61,281 nucleotides of DNA. Source: an uncultured Pseudomonadales bacterium (GTDB taxonomy: Bacteria; Patescibacteriota; Microgenomatia; UBA1400; MFAQ01). The notes below the pieces were generated by a model, which had not been told where the DNA came from, did no database searches, and saw only the letters and a list, made by a program, of their open reading frames with translations. The position numbers and the translations under genes are program-made. This document shows, piece by piece, positions 1 to 9,041 of this stretch. Location of the stretch: positions 1 through 61,281 of the forward strand of contig CAYHNG010000007.1 in the NCBI GenBank assembly GCA_964357975.1, written 5' to 3'. Each line of letters begins with the position of its first letter. Within the stretch, counting starts at the first letter, position 1.

Positions 1-7
1 AGAAACA

Positions 8-44
8 AGGAAACCCCGTGTGAAGGCCGAAGGCCGACACGGGG
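8..44. repeat. AGGAAACCCCG-hairpin repeat at the left window edge
   Basis: AGGAAACCCCGTGTGAAGG is followed by the 8-bp stem CCCCGTGT/ACACGGGG (14-21 and 37-44). The same 11-mer plus YRTGAAG occurs at 61238-61255. Confidence 0.55.
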
Positions 45-119
45 AGGACGTCATTGGTGCCCGATTGTGGCAAAGATAATTCTGTGATAGAGTAGATTTA
101 CTGAGTGTAATTGTAAAAA

Positions 120-350
120 ATGTTACAGAATGAAGGAGAGCTCGATCGGGTAATTAGAGTAGTGTTGGGAACACTACTTTTCTATGGAACCTATACCTCA
201 GTTGATAGTCCCGGAAAGTGGCTATTCTACCTGTTGTCTTTCCTGACAATTATTTCCGGATTCAGTGGTTACAGTAATCTATATAAAAAAATGGGAATTT
301 CAACAAAAACAAAAAGGAGCTCAAATTTTCAAAGTAATCCAAACTATTAG
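120..350 (+). CDS. small membrane protein, DUF2892/YgaP-like
   Basis: 76-aa ORF with two hydrophobic helices. The C-terminal ISGFSGYSNLYKKMGI resembles the DUF2892 signature. The 3' end overlaps convergent uppP by 30 nt. Confidence 0.5.
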   Translation: MLQNEGELDRVIRVVLGTLLFYGTYTSVDSPGKWLFYLLSFLTIISGFSGYSNLYKKMGISTKTKRSSNFQSNPNY

Positions 351-1091
351 AGCGAGAATAATGCGATAAACGGCAAAAGAAGAAAAATTATGTTTTTTGA
401 CGAATTCGATAAAGAACTTAACGGCAAGTAGAGAGGAAAGGAAGGAAAAGAGACAACCAATTAGAAGGATGAAATATTCTTGAGGAGAGAAAAATAAACC
501 TGAATTTAAGAGATCAAACCCGGTGGCGACAAGCATGGTGGGAATGGCGAGAAAAAAGGAAAACTCAACAGCCTGTGAGCGAGAAAGTCCGGTGGAAAGT
601 CCGCCAATGATGGCTGCGGCCGAGCGGGAGACACCCGGGATAACAGAGATAGACTGAACAAGGCCGATAGTCAATAATCGCTTAAGAGAAAGATTCTCCA
701 GACGTCCTTGTCCTTTGTTGATTTTTTTCCAGTTATCAATTAAGAGGAGAAATAAACCACCAAAAAAAAGAGAGTAGACAGTGATAAACGGATTTTCAAA
801 AAGAACATTGCGAATGATTTTGTAGAGGAAAAAGCCAATAACCCCTGTAGGGATAAAAGCAATGAAGGCCTGTTCCCAGATTTTGATTTTGGTAAAAAGA
901 ATTTTTCGATATAACCAAACTACGGCCATAATGGCTGATAGCTGGATAACAATATCAAAGGTTTTAGAAAACTCGGTAGGGTTAATGGAAAGAAATTTTT
1001 GAACAAGAATAAGATGTCCGGTACTGGAAATGGGCAAGAACTCGGTAAGGCCTTCAACAAGGGAAAGAATGAGGGCTTGAATAATGGTCAT
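321..1091 (-). CDS. uppP: undecaprenyl-diphosphate phosphatase
   Basis: N-terminal LVEGLTEFLPISSTGHLIL is the hallmark UppP/BacA motif and the protein is polytopic. TATAAT (1100-1105, minus) lies 8 nt from the ATG. Confidence 0.9.
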   Translation of the reverse strand: MTIIQALILSLVEGLTEFLPISSTGHLILVQKFLSINPTEFSKTFDIVIQLSAIMAVVWLYRKILFTKIKIWEQAFIAFIPTGVIGFFLYKIIRNVLFENPFITVYSLFFGGLFLLLIDNWKKINKGQGRLENLSLKRLLTIGLVQSISVIPGVSRSAAAIIGGLSTGLSRSQAVEFSFFLAIPTMLVATGFDLLNSGLFFSPQEYFILLIGCLFSFLSSLLAVKFFIEFVKKHNFSSFAVYRIILALIVWITLKI

Positions 1092-1123
1092 GAGCTTCTA
1101 TTATACGGAGTGTGTAGTGTAAC

Positions 1124-2530
1124 ATGGAAGAGATGAATCTCACTCCTTTAAAAAGATCTGTTTTGGTAGACCCACCTTCTTTTGGAAGGATGGTGGGGCC
1201 GAGCTTTATTTTGTTAGGCTTGGGGTTAGGAATTGGAGAATTAATACTCTGGCCATACTTAACGGCGAGTTATGGATTGGGCATAATATGGGGAGCTGTA
1301 GCCGGAATTACAATGCAGCTGTTTATTAATTTGGAGATTAGTAGGTACACTTTGGTTACCGGAGAAAGTGTTTTTGTGGGTCTTTCCAGAAAATTGGGGA
1401 AAGTAATTCCAATTTGGTTTATTGTTTCCACAATATTGCCTTGGATGTGGCCAGGAATTGTGCTGTCAGGTTCCCGGTTGTTGACTGCAGGATTGGGCTG
1501 GGGCAGATCGGATTTAGTGGGAGTAGTTGCCTTGCTCTTAATTGGGGCAATACTGAGTTTGGGGCCGGTGCTTTACGGGACTCAAGAAAAGTTGGAGAAG
1601 GTACTACTAATCTTTGGGGTTCCGTTTGTATTGGGTGTTTCCTGGTGGCTGGCAACAAAAACCGGGGTAACAGACTTAGCGTTTGGTTTGATGGGAAAAG
1701 GGAAGGGTTATTGGTTTTTCCCGGTGGGGTTACAAGCATCGGCTTTTTTGGGGGCAATTGTGTTTTCCGGAGCCGGAGGAAACTTGAATCTGGGTCAATC
1801 GCAGAATATCAAGGAAAAAGGTTATGGCATGGGACACGGTTCCGGCAGGATTACGAGTCTGTTGACGGGTAGCAAAGAGGAAATTGGATTAACCGGAAAA
1901 GACTTTGAGGTAAATAGTCGAAGCCTGACAATCTTTACTAAATGGTGGAAGCTAACCAATTTGGAACAAGGCTTGATTTTTTGGACAATGGGGGTGATTA
2001 CAATGATTTCTTTGTCTCTCTTGGCTTACGAAACTATATACGGCAAGACCGGTGGACTGAGTGGTGTGGACTTTGTGATTGCGGAAGCCGGTATTATCGG
2101 CCAGCAGACATCCTGGCTAATAGGGAGAGCTTTTTTAATAGTGCTGGGGTTAATGTTGTTTGCGACACAACTTTCGGTGTTAGGAACAACCGGAAAGATT
2201 TTGGCGGAGAACTGGGCGGTCCTTAACTACAATAAGTTTGAGTCCGATAAATTACCCAAATATTTTTATGGACTGCTTTGGAGTCAAATTGGTCTGATGC
2301 TTGCTGTCTTGGCTTTAGGATTTAAAGAACCTCTGCAGTTGGTTCTCGTTAGCGCAGTGCTCAATGCTTGGACGATGGTAATTTACTCGATTTTGATTCT
2401 TTGGTTAAATACAACCTCACTTCACTCAAAGCTAAGACCAACGAAGTGGAGGCGAGGAGTAATAACCCTGACAATTGTTTTTCTAACTGTTTTTGGGTTG
2501 TTGACACTCAAACAAACTTTCGGGCGGTAA
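1124..2530 (+). CDS. Nramp-related (APC-superfamily) membrane transporter
   Basis: 468 aa with about 11 TM segments. The N-terminal GPSFILLGLGLGIGELILWPYL...QLFINLEISRYTLVTGESV is Nramp-like, but I could not see the canonical DPGN motif. Confidence 0.5.
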   Translation: MEEMNLTPLKRSVLVDPPSFGRMVGPSFILLGLGLGIGELILWPYLTASYGLGIIWGAVAGITMQLFINLEISRYTLVTGESVFVGLSRKLGKVIPIWFIVSTILPWMWPGIVLSGSRLLTAGLGWGRSDLVGVVALLLIGAILSLGPVLYGTQEKLEKVLLIFGVPFVLGVSWWLATKTGVTDLAFGLMGKGKGYWFFPVGLQASAFLGAIVFSGAGGNLNLGQSQNIKEKGYGMGHGSGRITSLLTGSKEEIGLTGKDFEVNSRSLTIFTKWWKLTNLEQGLIFWTMGVITMISLSLLAYETIYGKTGGLSGVDFVIAEAGIIGQQTSWLIGRAFLIVLGLMLFATQLSVLGTTGKILAENWAVLNYNKFESDKLPKYFYGLLWSQIGLMLAVLALGFKEPLQLVLVSAVLNAWTMVIYSILILWLNTTSLHSKLRPTKWRRGVITLTIVFLTVFGLLTLKQTFGR

Positions 2531-2541
2531 GACAGTCAGAT

Positions 2542-3192
2542 CTACTCAGCAAACGAGGCGAGTTTTTTGAGTTTTTCCTGATTGTGAACTGTAAATTGGG
2601 TTCTTTTGGTGGAAATAATACCCAGTTTCTGTAATCGACTCATCTGAACGCTAGTGGTTTCTCGAGTCAGACCGACCAAGCTGGCGATCATCCGGTGAGT
2701 GGCGGGGAAATTAACAATTAACTGGCCATTGCGGACATCTCCGTAATCACGAACCATTTGAACAAGAACTGAGGCTACTTTGTTTATGGCACTGCCATTA
2801 ATGATGCCTCCTTGGTTGGTGATATAAAGTAGAAGAGAGGAGAAGAAGAAGTCCATGATAATGGCTGACATCTCAGGGTTCTTGTCTAAGAAACTCTTAA
2901 ATTCTTGCTTGGGGATGATGTAGGTTTCGGCTGAGGTGATAGCTTGCAAGTAAAGATTATTTCGAGAATTGGTAAAGAAATGAATGACAGAAAAGAGAAA
3001 CAGGGGTTTAAAAACGTTCAGTGTATTTTCACCAAAGGGTATTTTGGTATAGGCTCTAACATAACCAGACTTCATAAAGTAGATATTTTCAATTTTATCT
3101 CCCGGTTTGAAGACGATCGAATTTTTGGAGATTTTTTGGGTGGGGAACTGGGAAAAGAATTTTTTTAGTTGTGAATAGTCTGCTTTGGTCAT
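2542..3192 (-). CDS. Crp/Fnr family transcriptional regulator
   Basis: Has a cNMP-binding-type beta-roll (FKPGDKIENIYFMKSGYVRAY) and a C-terminal HTH (HRMIASLVGLTRETTSVQMSRLQKLGIIS). Confidence 0.8.
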   Translation of the reverse strand: MTKADYSQLKKFFSQFPTQKISKNSIVFKPGDKIENIYFMKSGYVRAYTKIPFGENTLNVFKPLFLFSVIHFFTNSRNNLYLQAITSAETYIIPKQEFKSFLDKNPEMSAIIMDFFFSSLLLYITNQGGIINGSAINKVASVLVQMVRDYGDVRNGQLIVNFPATHRMIASLVGLTRETTSVQMSRLQKLGIISTKRTQFTVHNQEKLKKLASFAE

Positions 3193-3202
3193 ACAGATGA
3201 GT

Positions 3203-3232
3203 ATTATAACAACACTGTTTTATAATAGGCAA
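3203..3232 (-). promoter_or_regulatory. sigma70-type promoter of the crp/fnr gene
   Basis: The minus strand reads TTGCCT-18 nt-TATAAT-10 nt-ATG. The -35 complement is at 3227-3232 and the -10 complement at 3203-3208. A small AACAcTGTT palindrome lies in the spacer. Confidence 0.4.
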
Positions 3233-3251
3233 GCTAGAGGCTTACGGTTTT

Positions 3252-3908
3252 TCAGGATTTAGGCGTGGTTCCAAAAATTATAACCGGCGTTCCCGGATTA
3301 TCTTTGGTAGCGACCCCTGAACTTTTACCTTCCGGTAGTTCGGGATCGGCCCAGTTATAAAGAATACCGGCTTCGGAAGTTTTCATATTGACACAGCCAT
3401 GAGACATGGGGTGGCCAAAGTTATTGTGCCAATAGGTACCGTGTAGGGAAAAACCTCTAGAGGCCGGAATTTGGCTATTACCGAAAAACATAGTATAAGG
3501 GACATTTGGAAGATAGTAGTATGTGTGAAGAGCGGCAGATCCACCACTCATTTTGATAAAGCGAAATTTGTTGGCGATCCTGAAGGTGCCAGTAGGAGTC
3601 CGACCCCATTTGCCGGTAGAGACCAGAAAGTTATAGACAAGATTGTTGCCCTCGTAAGCGTAAAGCCTTTGGTTGGCAAGATCGACATAGATAATTTTTT
3701 CCCCAGTCGATTCTCCCAAGACTTTGGGTGGAAGTGGGACATTGGCCGTATAAGTAGGTATGCTGATGGGGGAGTTGTTAAAAACGGCACCCGATAGGGA
3801 AGGATCGTAATCCGGTTGAACCTCATAATGATTGGTCTGGTCCGTAGCTTTGATGATGAAGAAGGAAATGCCGATGACTATAAGGCTGGTAATGAACACT
3901 TTATTCAT
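3252..3908 (-). CDS. L,D-transpeptidase (YkuD domain), membrane anchored
   Basis: Catalytic motif HGTYWHNNFGHPMSHGCVNM (His...Ser-x-Gly-Cys) and an N-terminal TM. The extended -10 TGtTACACT ends 6 nt before the ATG. Confidence 0.85.
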   Translation of the reverse strand: MNKVFITSLIVIGISFFIIKATDQTNHYEVQPDYDPSLSGAVFNNSPISIPTYTANVPLPPKVLGESTGEKIIYVDLANQRLYAYEGNNLVYNFLVSTGKWGRTPTGTFRIANKFRFIKMSGGSAALHTYYYLPNVPYTMFFGNSQIPASRGFSLHGTYWHNNFGHPMSHGCVNMKTSEAGILYNWADPELPEGKSSGVATKDNPGTPVIIFGTTPKS

Positions 3909-3927
3909 AGAATTAGTGTAACAAATA

Positions 3928-4671
3928 TTATAGTTTTAAGCTAACCAACAGAAAACGGGAGACCCCAAAAAGATCCTTTTCCGCAGAGACTTGGAGAGTC
4001 TTGGGAATAGAAAAGGTGTTTATAGTTTGAGTGTCATCGATCTCAAAAAGAGCAACCCCTTTGGTAGATAAGAAGTGAGGAATTTGCTTTAACAACCGAT
4101 TGATAAAGACTGCCCCGTCATGCCCACCATCTAAAGCGGATAGAGGTTCGAAGTCTTTGACCGAGTGTGGAAGTGCGGGGATATTGTCTGAGGGAATATA
4201 AGGAAGATTGGCCAAAATGATATCAAACTTAACGTGGGGGTAATTGTCCAGGAGATCCGATTCCTGGAAAAACAAGTTGACCGGTGAGGGTAATAGGCGT
4301 TCGGCATTCTCCCGGGCAGTACTTAGGGCTGATGGAGAGATGTCCGAGAGATAAAGAGTGTAGGGAGTCTGCTGTTTTTGTAGAGCGGAGGCTAAAGATA
4401 AACCAAGACAGCCTGAACCGGTTCCAATATCGGCTATGGCGGGGTGTTCGAGAACTTGAGTCTGGACATGTTCGAGAGCAAGTTGGACAAGCTTTTCCGA
4501 TTCGAGACGGGGAATCAATACTGACGGGTTTACTAAAAAATCCAGATCACGGAATTCGACATGACCGGTAACATATTCCACCGGCTGTTCGTCGATGGAA
4601 GTAGGGGGTTTTGAAAAGCCATATTTTCGGAGATGGTTTAGCTCATATGGAGAAAATGTACGTTGGTTCAT
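3928..4671 (-). CDS. prmC: release-factor glutamine N5-methyltransferase
   Basis: Contains VEYVTGHVEFRDLDFLVNPSVLIPRLESE, the SAM motif DIGTGSGC, and NLPYIP (an NPPY variant). The ORF extends to 4779, but the ATG at 4671 (MNQRTF...) removes a 104-nt overlap with the upstream gene. Confidence 0.8.
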   Translation of the reverse strand: MNQRTFSPYELNHLRKYGFSKPPTSIDEQPVEYVTGHVEFRDLDFLVNPSVLIPRLESEKLVQLALEHVQTQVLEHPAIADIGTGSGCLGLSLASALQKQQTPYTLYLSDISPSALSTARENAERLLPSPVNLFFQESDLLDNYPHVKFDIILANLPYIPSDNIPALPHSVKDFEPLSALDGGHDGAVFINRLLKQIPHFLSTKGVALFEIDDTQTINTFSIPKTLQVSAEKDLFGVSRFLLVSLKL

Positions 4672-4675
4672 CTGG

Positions 4676-5431
4676 TCAGGGAGTGGAAAAGGTATATTCG
4701 GAAGTAGTGACCGGTTTTTCGTCAGGATCGAGGATAATGACGTATTTAAAGAGAGTTCCGGGGGGAAGCTCTTCGACACTGAGAAGGTGGTTGGTTGTTG
4801 GAGTGGAGGAAACCGTAAAAATGTCAGAGAGGCCTTCGGTAAAACGAATCGAAGTTTTGACCTGTCGTTGAGTGGAGAAGGAAATAAGAACTTGAGTGGA
4901 GGAGATGGGGGTAATGAGGGGAGAGGTAAGGATCTCCGAAGCTTTGATCCGTGTCTCTTGTGTGGTGGTAGCCTGTTCCAAGATAGAAGGTAGCAAAGTA
5001 GCCAATGAAAAGATGACTAAGATAGGAATCAAGACAGCAAAAGCCGACTTTAAGGGAATCCCCCAAAGTTTGTGGTAATAAATCTTGGATTGTTGGGCTT
5101 GTTTAAAAAGATAAAGTTGGTTCTTGGGGAAAAAATCACCATGATTATTGGGGCAAGTAAAAACGGTGACTGTTTGAGGAACAGAATCATCCTTGATGCC
5201 CGACATTGGCTGACCGCATTTTGGGCAGACAGGGTTGGTTGCTGGGACAGCCTGACTTTTGGGAATGATAGAGTCAACATTTCTGGTGGTTTCAAGGGTC
5301 AGAAAGTTGGCGAGATAAGGGTCTATTAAATGCCCACCACAGTTAAGGCATTCTTCAATAGAGTGAAAGTGGCCATCGGAAGTTTCAATTTCTATAGCCG
5401 ATAGGGAATGGTGACAGTGGGGGCAGTCCAT
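4676..5431 (-). CDS. zinc-ribbon membrane protein, function unknown
   Basis: Two CxxC pairs sit at the N-terminus (CPHCHH...CLNCGG) and a second ribbon follows (CPKCG...CPNNHG). There is one TM and a C-terminal Ser/Thr-rich beta-type domain. I chose the start at 5431 because TAGAAT (5439-5444, minus) lies 7 nt upstream. The ORF itself opens at 5440. Confidence 0.45.
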   Translation of the reverse strand: MDCPHCHHSLSAIEIETSDGHFHSIEECLNCGGHLIDPYLANFLTLETTRNVDSIIPKSQAVPATNPVCPKCGQPMSGIKDDSVPQTVTVFTCPNNHGDFFPKNQLYLFKQAQQSKIYYHKLWGIPLKSAFAVLIPILVIFSLATLLPSILEQATTTQETRIKASEILTSPLITPISSTQVLISFSTQRQVKTSIRFTEGLSDIFTVSSTPTTNHLLSVEELPPGTLFKYVIILDPDEKPVTTSEYTFSTP

Positions 5432-5539
5432 ACAAACCATTCTAGCAAATAATGGCAGCTTAATTTCTATCTTGTTGGTTAGACTTCTGCACCTCTCATG
5501 GTTATTTCGATGGTTAGGTTCTGGTAAACTGAAAGATAT

Positions 5540-6886
5540 ATGAAGTTGAAATTTTTGGGGGCGGCAAAGACGGTGACAGGATCTAACTTTTTTCTAACAG
5601 GAGAAAATACGGGTTTAATGGTGGATTTTGGGATGTTCCAAGGTAAGCCTGAGGAGGTAGGTTTAAATACAATTAAGCCAAGCATAGATTTTAGTAAACT
5701 GTCGGCGGTGTTGCTGACCCACGCTCATTTGGATCATTGCGGAAGGCTACCCCTACTAGCTCACTATGGTTTTAAGGGGCCGATATTTATGACGGAGGCG
5801 ACGAAAGCATTGGCCGAACTCGTGCTCTATGATGCGGCAAAGATTGCTAAAGAGGCAGAAGCGAAATCGATACTGTATACCGACGAAGATGTCGAGGTTA
5901 TTTTGAAACAGGTTTCGCTGGTCGAGTACGATAAACAATTTGATGTGGGAGATTTTTCGGTTACTTTTGTCGACGCCGGTCACATACTGGGATCAGCCAG
6001 CATAGTTGTGGAAGAAAGAGCAACTCGCAAAAGAGTGGTCTTTAGTGGTGACTTGGGAAATACCCCCGAACCGTTGTTATCTCCGACTCACTTTGTCACT
6101 AAGGCGAATATGGCAGTGGTGGAGTCTACTTATGGAGACGAAACTCATGGCCCAAGAAAAGAAGTGGAAGATTTGGCAAGAATCATCAGCAAAGCCGAGA
6201 CAACGAAAGGGACTGTCTTAATTCCGTCATTTTCAATCGAAAGAGCGCAGGAACTGTTGTACATCTTTGATCAACTAAAGAAGGAGGGGCGAATGGACAG
6301 CAAGACGCCTGTATTTTTGGACAGCCCTATGGCTATTAGAGCGACCGAGGTGTTTCGTGACTTCCCTCAACTGTATAGTAAAGACTTACAGCGTCAAAAT
6401 AAGAGTGACGATCCCTTTGACTTTCCTGGCCTGGTAGTTTGCGACACCATAGAGAAAAGCAAACAGATAAAAAACTACGATGGAGTAAAAGTAATCGTAG
6501 CGGGTAGTGGAATGATGAGTGGCGGAAGAGTGATTCATCACGCAATTAACTATCTGGGAGATCCCAACACACAACTGGTGATAGTGGGTTATCAGGCAGA
6601 AGGAACTTTGGGCAGAGAGATTTTAGACGGAGCAAGTAGTGTCAACATTTGGGGGAATTGGATAAACATTAAGGCTGAAATTTTGGAGATTAAAACTATG
6701 AGTGCTCATGCAGATCAGGGACAGGTTTTATCGTGGCTTAAGAAAATTGAAGGCCTGGAGGAAATAGCTCTAATTCATGGTGAGGAACTTCCTCGTTTGG
6801 TGCTGAGTGAAAAGGTACACATCGAACTACCAGGTGTTAAAGTAATATTGCCGATAGTCAATCAGGAAGTAGATTTAAAACTCTAA
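5540..6886 (+). CDS. MBL-fold beta-CASP ribonuclease (RNase J/CPSF-like)
   Basis: Has the HxHxDH motif (LLTHAHLDHCGRLP), beta-CASP spacing, and a C-terminal SAHAD motif. Confidence 0.8.
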   Translation: MKLKFLGAAKTVTGSNFFLTGENTGLMVDFGMFQGKPEEVGLNTIKPSIDFSKLSAVLLTHAHLDHCGRLPLLAHYGFKGPIFMTEATKALAELVLYDAAKIAKEAEAKSILYTDEDVEVILKQVSLVEYDKQFDVGDFSVTFVDAGHILGSASIVVEERATRKRVVFSGDLGNTPEPLLSPTHFVTKANMAVVESTYGDETHGPRKEVEDLARIISKAETTKGTVLIPSFSIERAQELLYIFDQLKKEGRMDSKTPVFLDSPMAIRATEVFRDFPQLYSKDLQRQNKSDDPFDFPGLVVCDTIEKSKQIKNYDGVKVIVAGSGMMSGGRVIHHAINYLGDPNTQLVIVGYQAEGTLGREILDGASSVNIWGNWINIKAEILEIKTMSAHADQGQVLSWLKKIEGLEEIALIHGEELPRLVLSEKVHIELPGVKVILPIVNQEVDLKL

Positions 6887-7407
6887 TGAAAAAAATTCTA
6901 TCTATTTTTTGGATGGTGCTGATATTTTTCTCAGTTAGTGTGGTTTTTGCGCAGGAACTGACTTTGACGCGAGTGGGTGTACTGTCAACGGTGGGAGTTG
7001 ACTATACCAACATAAATTATTCGGGGGCGATTCCCTCGATGGAAGGAACGGCGTCGCCTTCGTCAACAGTCTATATAAAAATTAAGACTTCGACGGATGC
7101 CACAATGGCTGCCAGTCCGAGCGGCGCTTGGAGTTTTACTCCCGGTGTTTTGGATCCGGGAAATAACTCTGTCGTGATTACTTCCGGTCTGGACTCGATT
7201 ACTTTTCTACTAAGTTATAACGCTACTCCTGCAGCGGTACCGACTGCTACGCCAACCGCAACTCCGACGCCGATGCCTACAGAACTACCCGCAAGCGGCG
7301 TTTGGGAATATTATCTGCCAATTGTGGGGATGGGATTGGTAATTTTCTTCTTTGGAAAGTTTTTAAAGAATCAGATGTTGTTCTGGGAGGGGAAGAAGCG
7401 TAGATAG
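6886..7407 (+). CDS. secreted surface protein with an LPxTG-like (LPASG) C-terminal sorting signal
   Basis: Has an N-terminal signal peptide and a Thr/Pro linker (PTATPTATPTPMPTE). This is followed by LPASG, a hydrophobic segment, and a KKRR tail. The ATG overlaps the preceding stop by 1 nt. Confidence 0.45.
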   Translation: MKKILSIFWMVLIFFSVSVVFAQELTLTRVGVLSTVGVDYTNINYSGAIPSMEGTASPSSTVYIKIKTSTDATMAASPSGAWSFTPGVLDPGNNSVVITSGLDSITFLLSYNATPAAVPTATPTATPTPMPTELPASGVWEYYLPIVGMGLVIFFFGKFLKNQMLFWEGKKRR

Positions 7408-7457
7408 ATCTCGGTTCCCAGATTTCAGATGCCAGATGATTGAAGTTGTGGTTAAAT
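7404..7457 (+). repeat. promoter-associated repeat module, copy 1
   Basis: Reads AGATCTCGgttcccagATTTCAGATGCcAGatgattgaagTTGTGGTTAAAT. It matches 50507-50544 apart from two insertions. Confidence 0.6.
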
Positions 7458-7466
7458 ATGTTACCT

Positions 7467-8138
7467 ATGGCAAAGGATGGAAACAAAATTGAAGTAATTT
7501 ATGATGTGGAGACCAAAAACTTCTTCAACGACTCCGATTTGAAGAATCCTGAGGACTTGGGGATCTCGGTGGTATCTGCGTATAGGAGGGAGCTTGATAG
7601 TGATTTGAGGGAAATTTCCGGTGAGATGAAAAGTTTTTGGACACCGGATGCGGCGCCGAAACTAACTGAATACGATTTATTTTTCGATGATATGTGGAGT
7701 TGGTTTGAGGAGGCAGATAGAATCATAGGATATAACTCCTTTGGGTTTGATAATCCAGCAATGAATGGGATTTACGAAAAAGGAGACTTTACCAAACTGA
7801 AACATTTTGATGTTCTGGACATGATCAGATTATCTTTTGGCCATAGAGTGAAGCTAGATAGTGTGGCGAAAGAAACTTTGGGACAAGGAAAGATTGCCGG
7901 AGGAGCAGACGCGGTAATGTGGTGGGCGAAAGGGGACCCGGAAAGCTTGGCCAATCTTAAAAAATATTGTGAGATGGATGTGGAGGTGACCAAAGGGGTG
8001 TATGACTATGGAATGAAGAACAAGAAACTTATGTTCAAAGATAGATGGAACGAATTGAGGGAAATTGAGGTAGATTTTTCCTATCCGGCCGAGGTAGTTA
8101 TAGCACCACCGGCAGAGGTTCAGATGGGGCTGTTTTAG
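7467..8138 (+). CDS. DEDDy-type 3'-5' exonuclease (RNase H-like fold)
   Basis: Exo I is VIYDVETKNF, Exo II is IIGYNSFGFDNPAM, and Exo III is YCEMDVEVTKGVYDY. The ORF opens at TTG 7440, but a TGgTTAAAT -10 box at 7449-7457 makes ATG 7467 the likelier start. Confidence 0.55.
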   Translation: MAKDGNKIEVIYDVETKNFFNDSDLKNPEDLGISVVSAYRRELDSDLREISGEMKSFWTPDAAPKLTEYDLFFDDMWSWFEEADRIIGYNSFGFDNPAMNGIYEKGDFTKLKHFDVLDMIRLSFGHRVKLDSVAKETLGQGKIAGGADAVMWWAKGDPESLANLKKYCEMDVEVTKGVYDYGMKNKKLMFKDRWNELREIEVDFSYPAEVVIAPPAEVQMGLF

Positions 8139-8159
8139 GTCAACAGATATAATTAGTTG

Positions 8160-8567
8160 ATGAACGATACAAAAAAGGTTGCGGTGTGCGTTATTTTTGA
8201 TGAAATGGGGAGAATATTACTTCAGAGGCCAAGTGCGTTAAAGAACTTTGGAGAGTACCAAATGGCTTGGTATCCGCCAACTGGACATGTAAAGGAGGGG
8301 GAGACGGTAGAACAAGCGCTAGTAAGAGAAGCGTATGAGGAATTGAATATTATTGTTAAGCCTGTTGAACTAATTTCTGAATGGCAGCAGGATATTCCTG
8401 GAGAGATTGCATATTGGTGGAAGTGTAAGATCGTAGGTGGGGAAATAATGGATGGGGAAGAAATTGGTGAGCACAGGTATTTTACTCTCGATGAGGCTAA
8501 AAAAATTAAAACGTGGCCGGCAGAGAAAAAGTTTTTTGAAGAATTCTTTTGGAATAATCGGATATAG
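8160..8567 (+). CDS. NUDIX hydrolase
   Basis: Nudix box GHVKEGETVEQALVREAYEELNI. TATAAT at 8148-8153 ends 6 nt before the ATG. Confidence 0.8.
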   Translation: MNDTKKVAVCVIFDEMGRILLQRPSALKNFGEYQMAWYPPTGHVKEGETVEQALVREAYEELNIIVKPVELISEWQQDIPGEIAYWWKCKIVGGEIMDGEEIGEHRYFTLDEAKKIKTWPAEKKFFEEFFWNNRI

Positions 8568-8575
8568 AATAACTT

Positions 8576-8992
8576 ATGGAGCAAAATGCGATTAAGGACT
8601 TGTTGGCGATGCAGTACGGAAATGCCGCGATAGAGGTAATAGACGTATCGGCGCCAGACTTAAAAAGAGTATTTTATCGAGAGGCCATTGAAGAACTAAT
8701 TCCTTTATTGGAGGCGGACAAACTAACTCTGGTAGCGGTAAGGCTGACCAAAGACTTTATACCATTGACTATGGAGTGGAGATTGGAAGCCGGTAGTGAA
8801 TCAAAGAATAATCTTGAGACGGGGGAAGCCGTTAAATATAAGTACCAAGTAGCCGGAAACTTTGAACCAATTTTTAGTGGACAGATGACAGTTTTAATGA
8901 AGGAATATTATGACCTGGAAACAGGGGACACGAGTTTTGGGGACACCGTGGCACAGTATAACAACGAAAAAGAGGACTGGGAGTATCAGTAG
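8576..8992 (+). CDS. hypothetical protein
   Basis: 138-aa acidic soluble ORF with no motif I recognise. TAGAAT at 8565-8570 ends 5 nt before the ATG. Confidence 0.5.
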   Translation: MEQNAIKDLLAMQYGNAAIEVIDVSAPDLKRVFYREAIEELIPLLEADKLTLVAVRLTKDFIPLTMEWRLEAGSESKNNLETGEAVKYKYQVAGNFEPIFSGQMTVLMKEYYDLETGDTSFGDTVAQYNNEKEDWEYQ

Positions 8993-9000
8993 AGAAAGAG

Positions 9001-9040
9001 TTGACCAAGCAATGATACTTGGAGTATAATAGTCCAAGTA
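9001..9040 (+). promoter_or_regulatory. suf operon promoter with an overlapping palindromic operator
   Basis: TTGACC (9001-9006), an 18-nt spacer, and TATAAT (9025-9030). The perfect inverted repeat TACTTGGA-N9-TCCAAGTA (9016-9040) brackets the -10. A further CCAAG half-site lies at 9005-9009. Confidence 0.6.
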
Positions 9041-9041
9041 T

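Noticed and set aside
1414-1872. Many 60-160 aa ORFs nested in or antisense to long genes (for example 1414-1872, 1419-1757, 13451-13819, 39028-39402, 40036-40452, 58325-58798)
   Set aside because: They lie entirely within well-supported conserved genes. They have skewed low-complexity composition (Ser/Pro/Leu-rich) and no start signals. They are typical shadow ORFs.
4672-4779. N-terminal extensions of prmC (to 4779), trxB (58175-58237), the small membrane protein (45856-46122), nagZ (60853-60993) and others
   Set aside because: The extensions overlap neighbouring genes or repeats and lack conserved sequence. In each case a -10 box or an overlap-type start supports the shorter form.
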